Origin: Fidelibacterota bacterium
GTDB lineage: Bacteria > Fidelibacterota > UBA8477 > JABMPR01
Direction: 5' to 3'
NCBI GenBank assembly: GCA_018650795.1
Contig: JABIFG010000058.1
Coordinates: forward strand, 9,497-73,496
DNA: 64,000 bases
A program made the translations under genes and the position numbers. Below the pieces are notes generated by a model, which saw only the letters and a program-made list of their open reading frames with translations, did no database searches and was not told where the DNA came from. The number at the start of each line of letters is the position of its first letter. The stretch's first letter is position 1. Below are positions 38,886 through 47,433 of this stretch, piece by piece.

Positions 38886-38978
38886 GTCATTCTGATGGAG
38901 CGCAGTGATAGAAGAATCTTGGTCCTTTTGATGGAATCCTTCTTATGGATCAAGATCCTACGCGGTGCTCAGGATGAC
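38886..38978. repeat. Copy of the dispersed intergenic element with clear terminal inverted repeats (GTCATTCTGATGG ... GCTCAGGATGAC)
   Basis: gtcattctgatggagcgcagtgatagaagaatc...cgcggtgctcaggatgac. The internal sequence resembles 6156-6190 (gtcatcctgaggctctcgaaggatgatagtcc). Confidence 0.5.
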
Positions 38979-39003
38979 GGGGAGAAATGACATTTCGATG
39001 GAC

Positions 39004-39041
39004 AAATAAAAAGAGGCTGATAGCCTTTCAGCAATCAGCCC
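39004..39041 (-). terminator. Rho-independent terminator downstream of the 39070-40908 gene
   Basis: Minus-strand reading GGCTGATtgctgaaaggctATCAGCC followed by TCTTTTTATTT: perfect 7-bp stem plus T-run. Confidence 0.6.
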
Positions 39042-39069
39042 CTGATAAGTCAAAATCAATGACTCTATA

Positions 39070-40908
39070 CTATTTCATCAGGATCATTTTCCGGGTCAGG
39101 CTATGCATCCCCGATGATAATCTGGCAACATAGATACCAGACGGCATATTGGTCGCACTGAAGGTCAAGGTATATGAACCTGCAGTTTGATAGCCCTGTA
39201 CAAGTTTGCTGATCTCATTACCATTGACATCGTAAATCGTAAGTTCAACCACTCCACTCTCAGCTAAATCATAGCTCAATTGAGTCGAGGGATTGAATGG
39301 ATTGGGATAGTTTGTATGTAGAGCAAATGTCTGTGGACTCAGTCGACCATCGATTGAGACAGGACTAACCAGAATATAATCAGCCTTTGTCACAGTCACC
39401 GAAGCACCTGCCAAATCTCGTACAGTCAAACTCACTGAATAAGTTCCTGCCTCACTGAAAGTATAGCTCGGATTCTGAACATCTGAATCCTCAGTACCAT
39501 CATTATTAAAATCCCAACTCCAACCGATAATGCTAGATGCACCAGCTGTGGAAAGATCAGTAAATGATACTTCCAGAGGAGCTAGACCTTCAGTTACTGA
39601 AGCACTAAAATCTGCTGTAGGTGCATTATATGGATTGATTGTGATGATGACGTCATCGGTATCCGTAGCGCTACTGTCATCTGTAACCGTTAGTGTGACA
39701 GTATAGGTTCCAACCTCAAATGCGCTGGAGGCAGAAACACCTGAAGCACTGCCACCCTCCCAGGCCCAGTCATAACTGACAATCGAGCCATCACTATCCG
39801 ATGAGCCTGATCCATCCAATGTCACAAAGACGGATTGATTTGGTGCGGCAACATCAAAAGTTTGATCAGCTCCGGCGTTAGCGACTGGAGCATTGTTGCC
39901 ACCGCCGCCTCCGGAGGGATCACCCAGTTGATAAATTCTCCCACCTGGATTGAGATCTCCCAGAGCAATAACTGTGGTCGCATCATACATGTGAATCTCT
40001 CGTACCGTACAAGAGGTTGTACTGGGTATATCTGCTTCTGTCCAGGTAGCACCACCATCTGTGGTTTGATAAATTACTCCAGGACTTCCTGATCCCAGAT
40101 TACCACCTGCCATGGCATTATTTGCATCTAGATAATCTAAGGATTCAAATCTTGCCGCAGAGTTTAAAGTCATAGTTGTAAAATTTGCTCCCCCATCAGT
40201 TGTCTTGAGGGCAGAGCCATTAGTCCCAACAATCATCCAGTTATCCACATCAATAGCATCAATACCCAGAAAGACTGGCGTACCCAGACCCTGTGGCAGA
40301 ATAGTCCATGTGGCACCAGCATCCGTAGTTTTTGCGATAGCTCCCTTTTTCCCAACACTGACCCAGGTATTGTCATCAAGGAATTCCATATCATAACAGC
40401 CTGCTTTGCTGTGAATCGTTTGGAGTACATTTACAAGTGCACGACTCGAAGTCCAGTTCACACCTGCATCTTCGCTGATAAATACCTTACCACTATCGCC
40501 AACAGTGATTACTGTAGTAGCGCTCAACCATTTTGAGACCCAGAATGAATTTACTGCCTCAAAAGCTGGTGTTTCCCAGGTGGCACCACCATCACGAGTT
40601 ATCATGACGACATGGTCTTTGCCAGTGACGATTCCCAGGTTTACATCCCAGAAGTCTACTGAAAGCATCCCGGTCGGTGTCGTTGCTGCCGGGCAATCCA
40701 ATTCAGTCCAGGACGTTCCCCAGTCAGTGGTTTTTAAAACACCACCATAGGGTATATCTGTCTGATTGCCGATGGCGATATAGGCGGTCCCGTCATCCAG
40801 GATACTTATCTCCTGCAGTCGACCATCTGGTACAATTTCAGTCTCGGTCCATTGGGCAAACACAATTGATATTAGCAATAGTGCTGATACCCCTATTCGT
40901 TTAAGCAT
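39070..40908 (-). CDS. BNR/Ycf48-like beta-propeller protein with two PKD domains and a type-A T9SS CTD
   Basis: Propeller repeats (TTDWGTSW, TRDGGATW, EDAGVNW, TTDAGATW, TTDGGANF, TTDGGATW). Gly-rich linker. PKD regions ...VTLDGSGSSDSDGSIVSYDWAW... and SWDFNNDGTEDSDVQNPSYTFSEAGTYSVSLTVRD. CTD LHTNYPNPFNPSTQLSYDL...GIYVARL...RKMILMK. Confidence 0.7.
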   Translation of the reverse strand: MLKRIGVSALLLISIVFAQWTETEIVPDGRLQEISILDDGTAYIAIGNQTDIPYGGVLKTTDWGTSWTELDCPAATTPTGMLSVDFWDVNLGIVTGKDHVVMITRDGGATWETPAFEAVNSFWVSKWLSATTVITVGDSGKVFISEDAGVNWTSSRALVNVLQTIHSKAGCYDMEFLDDNTWVSVGKKGAIAKTTDAGATWTILPQGLGTPVFLGIDAIDVDNWMIVGTNGSALKTTDGGANFTTMTLNSAARFESLDYLDANNAMAGGNLGSGSPGVIYQTTDGGATWTEADIPSTTSCTVREIHMYDATTVIALGDLNPGGRIYQLGDPSGGGGGNNAPVANAGADQTFDVAAPNQSVFVTLDGSGSSDSDGSIVSYDWAWEGGSASGVSASSAFEVGTYTVTLTVTDDSSATDTDDVIITINPYNAPTADFSASVTEGLAPLEVSFTDLSTAGASSIIGWSWDFNNDGTEDSDVQNPSYTFSEAGTYSVSLTVRDLAGASVTVTKADYILVSPVSIDGRLSPQTFALHTNYPNPFNPSTQLSYDLAESGVVELTIYDVNGNEISKLVQGYQTAGSYTLTFSATNMPSGIYVARLSSGMHSLTRKMILMK

Positions 40909-40960
40909 ACTTCCTCCCCTGTCGCGTTTTAATCTGTTTCAAATAATGCCACGCTTCTTA

Positions 40961-41009
40961 CTTATAAATAAAGTGAGGAGATAAAGCCTGGAAGACCCTA
41001 TCCCCTCAC
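40961..41009 (-). terminator. Probable Rho-independent terminator downstream of the 41037-42611 gene
   Basis: Minus-strand reading GTGAGGGGAtagggtcttccaggctttaTCTCCTCAC followed by TTTATTTATAAG. The stem is imperfect. Confidence 0.35.
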
Positions 41010-41036
41010 CATCAAACTTTAGAACGATTGATCATA

Positions 41037-42611
41037 TTATTTCATCAGGATCATTTTCCTGGTCGTGCTATTCATACCTGAAGTTAATCTGGCAACATAG
41101 ACACCTGATGGCAGGTTGTTCGCACTGAAGGTCAGTGAATGTGATCCAGCGGATTGGTAGCCTTTTACCAGATTACTGATTTCATTCCCGTTCACATCAT
41201 AAACCGTCAATTCAACCATTCCACTCTCAGCGAGATCATAGCTGATCTGAGTCGACGGATTGAAGGGATTGGGAAAATTAGCATGGAGATCAAATGTCTT
41301 TGGACTCATACGGCCATCAACAGATACGACTGCATTGACTATAATAATCACTTCATCAGTAGCTGTTTCACCACCATCATCAGTTACTGTAAGTGTGATT
41401 GAATAAGTACCAGCTGCAAATTCTACATCAGCTGTCTCACCGGATGCTGTTCCACCGTCCCAGGACCATTCCCAGGCAGCTACGGTTCCATCGGAATCTG
41501 AAGATCCAGATCCATCAAGTGTAACGGTTACTCCCAGACCAGGTCCAGTTTCATCCATAGTTTGATCAGCACCTGCATCGGCTGTAGGGGCAACATTGCC
41601 AGTTCCAGATCCTGGATCACCAAGGATGTAGACATAACCATCAGTAGTCCCAACATCACCAACAACGATAACGTCTGTGGCACTGAACATATGTACATCA
41701 CGGACGCTATAGTTGTACAAATCTGCACCTGCAAATGTTTCAGCAACCCAGGTTGATCCACCATCAGCGGAAGACATCATGACACCATTACCATCGATAT
41801 ACTTACCGCCGACAATAAGATTATCAGCGCCAAAATTATCGATACAGTACCAATCAATTGTGGCTTCAGGATTAGCACCTAAATCGGCAATATTTGGGCC
41901 ACCATCACTGGTAAACAATACTTTACCCTGTTTACTCACAGCATACCAGGAATTAGCATCAACGGCTGTTATATCCTGGAAAAAGACCGTCCCAGCTGTA
42001 TGGGTAACTGCTGTCCAGGAAACACCCCCATCTGTGGATTTCAAGATCGCACCCTTTTTGCCACAGGCCAGCCAATTATTTTCATCAACGATTTCCAGAG
42101 CAGTAATATTCGCACTGCCATGAACACCAAGAAGCGCTGTATTCAAGGCAAAATCCTCGGTCCAACTCGCTCCGTTATCTTCTGTATAATAAAGAATACC
42201 TTTAAAATCCACTGCCACAAATCTGGTATCTGTGATCCACCGGACTTTATTGGTCTTATTGGGACCACCTGGACTTACACCGGAGGTCCAGGTTTCTCCA
42301 CCATCCAAAGTGACCACCATGTAACCGATGGGTCCAGTAGCAAATCCGACACCAGTGTTGTTAAAAGCAACCGTCAGAAGGGAGCTAGCACCTTCACCAG
42401 CATAATACATCAGTGTATCCCAGGTCGTTCCATAATCAGTAGTTTTCAAAACCCCGGAATAGCCAGTTCCACCTAAAGCGACATATGCCAGACCATCATC
42501 CAGTACCTGAATTTGATTTAGTTTTCCCATCGTTTCAACGACCACTTCTGTCCACTGTCCAAAACCAAGCGACATGCAGATAATTGTCAATACGAGTAAC
42601 TTTTTAAGCAT
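41037..42611 (-). CDS. BNR/Ycf48-like beta-propeller protein with a PKD/Ig-like domain and a type-A T9SS CTD
   Basis: Paralog of the 39070-40908 product. The CTD and the last ~250 nt are about 80% identical at nucleotide level to 39070-39320. PKD-like ...VTVTLDGSGSSDSDGTVAAWEWSWDGG...TYSITLTVTDDGGE. Confidence 0.7.
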   Translation of the reverse strand: MLKKLLVLTIICMSLGFGQWTEVVVETMGKLNQIQVLDDGLAYVALGGTGYSGVLKTTDYGTTWDTLMYYAGEGASSLLTVAFNNTGVGFATGPIGYMVVTLDGGETWTSGVSPGGPNKTNKVRWITDTRFVAVDFKGILYYTEDNGASWTEDFALNTALLGVHGSANITALEIVDENNWLACGKKGAILKSTDGGVSWTAVTHTAGTVFFQDITAVDANSWYAVSKQGKVLFTSDGGPNIADLGANPEATIDWYCIDNFGADNLIVGGKYIDGNGVMMSSADGGSTWVAETFAGADLYNYSVRDVHMFSATDVIVVGDVGTTDGYVYILGDPGSGTGNVAPTADAGADQTMDETGPGLGVTVTLDGSGSSDSDGTVAAWEWSWDGGTASGETADVEFAAGTYSITLTVTDDGGETATDEVIIIVNAVVSVDGRMSPKTFDLHANFPNPFNPSTQISYDLAESGMVELTVYDVNGNEISNLVKGYQSAGSHSLTFSANNLPSGVYVARLTSGMNSTTRKMILMK

Positions 42612-42849
42612 ACACCTTCTCCTTTAATGTTAAATAAATATGAAACCTCGAGTTGCCTTCCTAAGACACTCTCATTTTCCAATAATTATATACTGTAAAA
42701 ACCATTATGTTATTCAATCTTATGTATATTTAGTATACCTATTTTTTATAAAAAAGCAAGTCTAACATTCTAACATTCTGTGTAAATCTTGTGACCCTAA
42801 AGCTTTACAAATTAGAGTGGAGGAATCTATCGATCCTTCAGAATTATTA

Positions 42850-44763
42850 CTACCTAACCAACAACATTTTTATGGTATCAGACCGATTTCCCAAAATCAT
42901 CCTACAAAAATATATGCCTGTATGTACAGATAATCCTGCGTCGTTTAAACCATCCCAACTTGCTACATGTTGACCAGCAGGCATATTCTCGTTCTGTAGA
43001 ATTGCAACTTGCTTTCCCCTGGTATCGAAGACCACAAGGGAAACCGGACCAGCCTGTGAAATACCATATTGAATGCTGGTACTGGGATTAAAAGGATTAG
43101 GAAAATTTTGATGCAACATGATATCCTCTGGATTAACCGGATCATATTCATCCACGCTCAATAATATCTCGGCCTGGATTTCGGAGCCCCCCGGTCCTGC
43201 CAGGATCAAATTATCAATGCTGAATTCCACTGGTCCCGTAAATGCAACGTCAATAACCTGCATGGGAAGTTGTATCAGGAGTCCAGATTCAACATTGATC
43301 TGACCACCCCCAATATTTACACCCAGAAGACGCGTGTTTCCCGCTCCTGTGCTAGTAAATGTGGATGCTGATTCATTTCCCGGTGCTAATTCTGGTGTTC
43401 CAATTTCAAAAACGGATGGATCAAAATTAATATCTGCCTGAAACCCGGAAATCATCCCATTATATGAAATGTGAACAGGGACATTTTGCCATTCCAGAGT
43501 ATTATGAACTCGAGTCATTGATTGCGATGAAAGCGTCGTACCAGAAACAATCGACCTGGCAAGTGCAGAATCGTCAAGGATGGCTTCAATCAGCATAACC
43601 ACATCCAGGATATCGTTTGAATTATCACCATTCATATCCATAACCCGTAATTCGGTTTCCAGACCAGGATCACCGGTGGAAGTGATGATCTCAACCATGC
43701 GAGTTAAATCTGTTACATCGAGTTGTCCATCTCCAGTGATATCACCAAAGAACAGGGCTTCACCATAAAGGTATATACGTGAATCGGCACTTTGGGAATC
43801 ATGGTTGTAGTCCCCCACAGCTAGCGCATGGTCGTATCGATACATATGAATATCATTAATCATGATGGTGTTTTCATTGCCAGCGGTAAAGGGTTCATCG
43901 ATCCAATTCATTCCACCATCAGAACTGTAATGAATAACACCTGAAGAGGATCCATCCTGACCGCCGATCATCACATGATTCTCGTCGAAACAACTCACTG
44001 CATTATAATCAAAAGTATTTGAAGGATCGGGATAGAGCCTGGTAAAACTGTTACCCCCATCTGTGGTCTTCAGCACCCTCCCATTATTTCCAACAATAAA
44101 CCAATTATCAATATTTAATACTGAAATATCCTGGAAGACTGGCTTGCCAGCTGAATGTGAACATTCGCTCCACGTCAATCCATGATCCATCGTTTTGAGC
44201 ACCGCACCTTTCTTACCTACTACCACCCAATTGTCGTGATCGATGATCTCAAGGGCATAGGCTTTGGCTCTGCTGTTAACAAGATTTAACGCGGCTTCAA
44301 GACTAGTAGTTACCACCCAGCCCGCGCCAATATATTCAGTAGACCATATGATTCCATTTTCCGTTAACATTATTAACTCAGAAGAACCTATCCACCTGAC
44401 TGAGGAAATATCGTCTGAACTGCCAAACTGATCTAGTTGCCAGTTGGCTCCACCATCTTGAGTCCAGATATATTTCCCGTTTGAACCACCTACAACACCA
44501 TAATTCTCATTTTTAAACGCAATGGTTGATGCATCGTCAAGCCAGTCAACTGGACCAGAGGTTATAGTTATCCAATTTTCACCGTAATCCGTTGATTTGA
44601 TTAGCTCTGAACCATCTGAGCTGTGAACCACCGCAAATGCCAAGCCATCATTGAGGGTGCAGATTTCTATAATTTCACCCTCGTTTGGCACTTCAACTTC
44701 AACCCACTGTGGAAATCCAATTGTGAGACAAATAGTGATCAGTAAAAGCAGATGCTTAGACAT
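42850..44763 (-). CDS. BNR/Ycf48-like beta-propeller protein with a dockerin-like module, a cohesin-like module and a type-A T9SS CTD (scaffoldin-like)
   Basis: Dockerin-like GDITGDGQLDVTDLTRMVEIITS...MDMNGDNSNDILDVVMLIEAIL. The following ~140 aa (ISGFQADINFDPSVFEIGTPELAPG...LLGVNIGGGQINVESGLLIQLPMQVIDVAFTGPVEFSIDN) resemble a cohesin (core motif like CDFVFRYDPNVLEI). CTD LHQNFPNPFNPSTSIQYGI...GIYFCRM...KMLLVR. Confidence 0.6.
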   Translation of the reverse strand: MSKHLLLLITICLTIGFPQWVEVEVPNEGEIIEICTLNDGLAFAVVHSSDGSELIKSTDYGENWITITSGPVDWLDDASTIAFKNENYGVVGGSNGKYIWTQDGGANWQLDQFGSSDDISSVRWIGSSELIMLTENGIIWSTEYIGAGWVVTTSLEAALNLVNSRAKAYALEIIDHDNWVVVGKKGAVLKTMDHGLTWSECSHSAGKPVFQDISVLNIDNWFIVGNNGRVLKTTDGGNSFTRLYPDPSNTFDYNAVSCFDENHVMIGGQDGSSSGVIHYSSDGGMNWIDEPFTAGNENTIMINDIHMYRYDHALAVGDYNHDSQSADSRIYLYGEALFFGDITGDGQLDVTDLTRMVEIITSTGDPGLETELRVMDMNGDNSNDILDVVMLIEAILDDSALARSIVSGTTLSSQSMTRVHNTLEWQNVPVHISYNGMISGFQADINFDPSVFEIGTPELAPGNESASTFTSTGAGNTRLLGVNIGGGQINVESGLLIQLPMQVIDVAFTGPVEFSIDNLILAGPGGSEIQAEILLSVDEYDPVNPEDIMLHQNFPNPFNPSTSIQYGISQAGPVSLVVFDTRGKQVAILQNENMPAGQHVASWDGLNDAGLSVHTGIYFCRMILGNRSDTIKMLLVR

Positions 44764-44801
44764 TTATTGGATCCTTCTAACTATTTATGCAACATTCTGA
44801 T

Positions 44802-46346
44802 TTAAAAACCATATTTCAGACCTATCAGTACAGTACTACTATGCTGCGATACAAAATTAAGATAGGCATAAGCAGGTTCTAAATACTTTATATGCTGGTA
44901 TTCATAAGCTATGTCTAACTGAACCTTTATGATGGAGATGGATACCCCCGTTGTAAGGCTGGTGGATCGAGGACCTTCAGATTTATCTGCAACTCCCCAG
45001 GGTACATATGCCAGGGGTGTTGAACGATAACCACCCATCAGGGTCAAAAAATCTGCTAGATCATAAGATAGACCTAATTGATAATTCATTACATCCGCCC
45101 ATTGATATTGAGTCGAGTCAGAGACAATATCCCCATAGCCAAAATCTGCATATTGAAATGTCGCAGACTCGTATGGATTGAAGCCCATGTCAAAGGCGAT
45201 ACTCAAATCTTCTGTTGCCTGAATATTTACCCCAACTGTATAAGAAGCAGGTATATCAGCATAATCCTGGCCACTAAGTGGGATTGATGAGACTGAATCA
45301 GGGGCAGAGACATGCCGGGTATAGATCCAGTCCCTTTTAAGTCGATAGGGCAACTTGACCTGAAAACCGAAGTCGATAGTTTCATAATCCAGGATCAAAC
45401 CCAGATCCATATTCAGACCACTAAAACTTGACGTCCCACTTGTCCGGGTCACTAGTGAATCATGTGAAAAAACAAAACTTTTTGACCATAGATCCAGATC
45501 CGCTATTTTATCGAGAACTAACTCATCCTCAGTATCACCAGACAGACTATTCACACCCAATCCAAGTTGAATGACTTCGCCAGGACTATAACCGAGGGCA
45601 AATCGTAGAGAATTGACTACCCCTTGACGACTCCTGGTGAATTGTGACCATACCACATGGGCTGTATCATCACTGTTATCAAAAGTATAGTGCATATACG
45701 GTCGGTGTGCCAGGAAGGGATCAGTATGACTGTCATTTCGATCGTAGTCATCCACATTGTACTGACGTGAAAAGGATCCGCCCAGGACAATATCCTGTTC
45801 AAATAGCGTGATCGGTAAAACCGCGGAGATGGCGTTTAGGGGCAATCTTTTGGAGCGCTCCTCGATCCAGCTCGCAGCACTACGCTCGTAATGATAAACA
45901 CCCTGCTCAGGGATGCCAATGTCTTCAATATCCATCAGTAACCAGAGTGAATCGTCTGTAACACCATATTGTCCAGGATCAATTTCAAAACGATAGTCCA
46001 AAATCATACTTAGCATGGGTGTGGATTCTTGATCTCCCCACATTTTATTTTCCCATAGGGTGGTCTCGGTCGCTTTAGCAGAGAATGAAATTTGAAATTC
46101 CTCAATGCCATTCAAACCGGCTGGATTAAAATAAATCGATTCAATTTCACCTGATTTTGCTGCATAAGCATTTCCAGTCGCAAGCCCTCTAACGCTCAGG
46201 GGACTGATCTGCCCCAGACCCTGAAATCCGAGATCCGCACCATTCCCCTGTGCATAAACGCTGGTGACACACATCATCCAAAGCAAGCCTGCGCTGAATA
46301 AAACTGGAAGTCCACTTCTTTTCATTTTGTATCCTAAAGAATCCAT
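44802..46346 (-). CDS. long PorV/PorQ-like (FadL-like) T9SS-associated outer-membrane beta-barrel, ~507-514 aa (paralog of 18640-20157)
   Basis: SVRGLATGNAYAAKSGEIESIYFNPAGLNGIEEFQISF; C-terminal ...STVLIGLKYGF (terminal Phe). Probable start MKRSGLPVLFSAGLLWMMC... at 46325. Confidence 0.5.
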   Translation of the reverse strand: MDSLGYKMKRSGLPVLFSAGLLWMMCVTSVYAQGNGADLGFQGLGQISPLSVRGLATGNAYAAKSGEIESIYFNPAGLNGIEEFQISFSAKATETTLWENKMWGDQESTPMLSMILDYRFEIDPGQYGVTDDSLWLLMDIEDIGIPEQGVYHYERSAASWIEERSKRLPLNAISAVLPITLFEQDIVLGGSFSRQYNVDDYDRNDSHTDPFLAHRPYMHYTFDNSDDTAHVVWSQFTRSRQGVVNSLRFALGYSPGEVIQLGLGVNSLSGDTEDELVLDKIADLDLWSKSFVFSHDSLVTRTSGTSSFSGLNMDLGLILDYETIDFGFQVKLPYRLKRDWIYTRHVSAPDSVSSIPLSGQDYADIPASYTVGVNIQATEDLSIAFDMGFNPYESATFQYADFGYGDIVSDSTQYQWADVMNYQLGLSYDLADFLTLMGGYRSTPLAYVPWGVADKSEGPRSTSLTTGVSISIIKVQLDIAYEYQHIKYLEPAYAYLNFVSQHSSTVLIGLKYGF

Positions 46347-46347
46347 T

Positions 46348-47433
46348 TTAAAGAGTCATTCCGAGTGAAAATCTATTGATGGCTCCCAGATAGGAATCAT
46401 AATTGTTGAATGAATAATCCACTTGCACACCTTTAAAATGCAGACCAAAACCAAGGCTCCAGTTCTCTGTATCATAATTCAGTTTGTAGCCAGATCTCAC
46501 AAAAAGCAGCTCATCGTAAGCATATTCCAATCCAAAATTAAACTGCTGATCGTAATCACGGGGAGCCAACATATCCACCGCAAAGAGCAGACTGGATTTC
46601 GAGTTCGGTGAAGTGAGAATCGCATCTTTTGGACCAAAAACATAGCCAGAAATACCCATGACTAGAATCTGTGGTAAGGGATACTGTTTACCTGTAACTG
46701 TTTTGATTTCATCCGTATAAGTACTGTCATGGAAGATTCGCAGGGTGTCTTCATATTCAATAAAACTTACATCCTTACCAAAATGTCTCAGGACCATAGA
46801 TATTTTTACAGATTCATAACCCGTTTTGTATTGCAGACCTGTATCAAAGGCGATGAGGGAAGCTGACATCTCACTACCATTATAGGAATAATCCGCATTT
46901 TCCTTGATCTGCTTCGCTGTCAAACCGAATGCAAATTTGTTCGTAAGGGATGCGGCATAGGACAAGCCGATAATCTGATGTCCAGGGTTAAAAGTCTCGC
47001 CGGTAAGACCTGGATTAAAATCTCCGTTTTGATATCCCATTGCATCTACAGAAGTGACATTCATTTCGCCATAATCGGTGAATTGAGCCATCATACCAAC
47101 AGTTCCAAAATTTGGAAAGTTGTAGGCGGCTGAAAAGGCAGAGGTTTTTACATCAAAGAAATAGTTGAAATGAGAAGCCGAAAGATCAAGCTTATCAATA
47201 TCCGTCAGACCTGCAGGATTGATAAACATTGCAGATGCACCATCAACAAAGGATGATATGGCATCACCCATAGCCGCCGATCTGGCGGTGGGATTGACCT
47301 TAAGGAATTGAAATGCAGTCGTCCCAACCTTTTCCTGAGCCATCACGGAGGAAAGGAAAATTGCAGCACAGATGATGACCTGTCTTGCCCTGCCTGATCT
47401 TCTTTTCATAATTTTCTCTTCACTCCATATCAT
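46348..47433 (-). CDS. PorV-like T9SS-associated outer-membrane beta-barrel (paralog of 20171-21163)
   Basis: TTAFQFLKVNPTARSAAMGDAISSFVDGASAMFINPAGLTD; ends ...NRFSLGMTL. One-bp gap to the next gene and a 4-bp overlap with the previous one, so they are co-transcribed. Confidence 0.55.
   Translation of the reverse strand: MIWSEEKIMKRRSGRARQVIICAAIFLSSVMAQEKVGTTAFQFLKVNPTARSAAMGDAISSFVDGASAMFINPAGLTDIDKLDLSASHFNYFFDVKTSAFSAAYNFPNFGTVGMMAQFTDYGEMNVTSVDAMGYQNGDFNPGLTGETFNPGHQIIGLSYAASLTNKFAFGLTAKQIKENADYSYNGSEMSASLIAFDTGLQYKTGYESVKISMVLRHFGKDVSFIEYEDTLRIFHDSTYTDEIKTVTGKQYPLPQILVMGISGYVFGPKDAILTSPNSKSSLLFAVDMLAPRDYDQQFNFGLEYAYDELLFVRSGYKLNYDTENWSLGFGLHFKGVQVDYSFNNYDSYLGAINRFSLGMTL

Noticed and set aside
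42761-42780. Short tandem repeat ctaacattctaacattct in the intergenic region
   Set aside because: It has only two copies of an 8-mer. This is too short to call a repeat element and is probably a chance duplication in AT-rich leader DNA.
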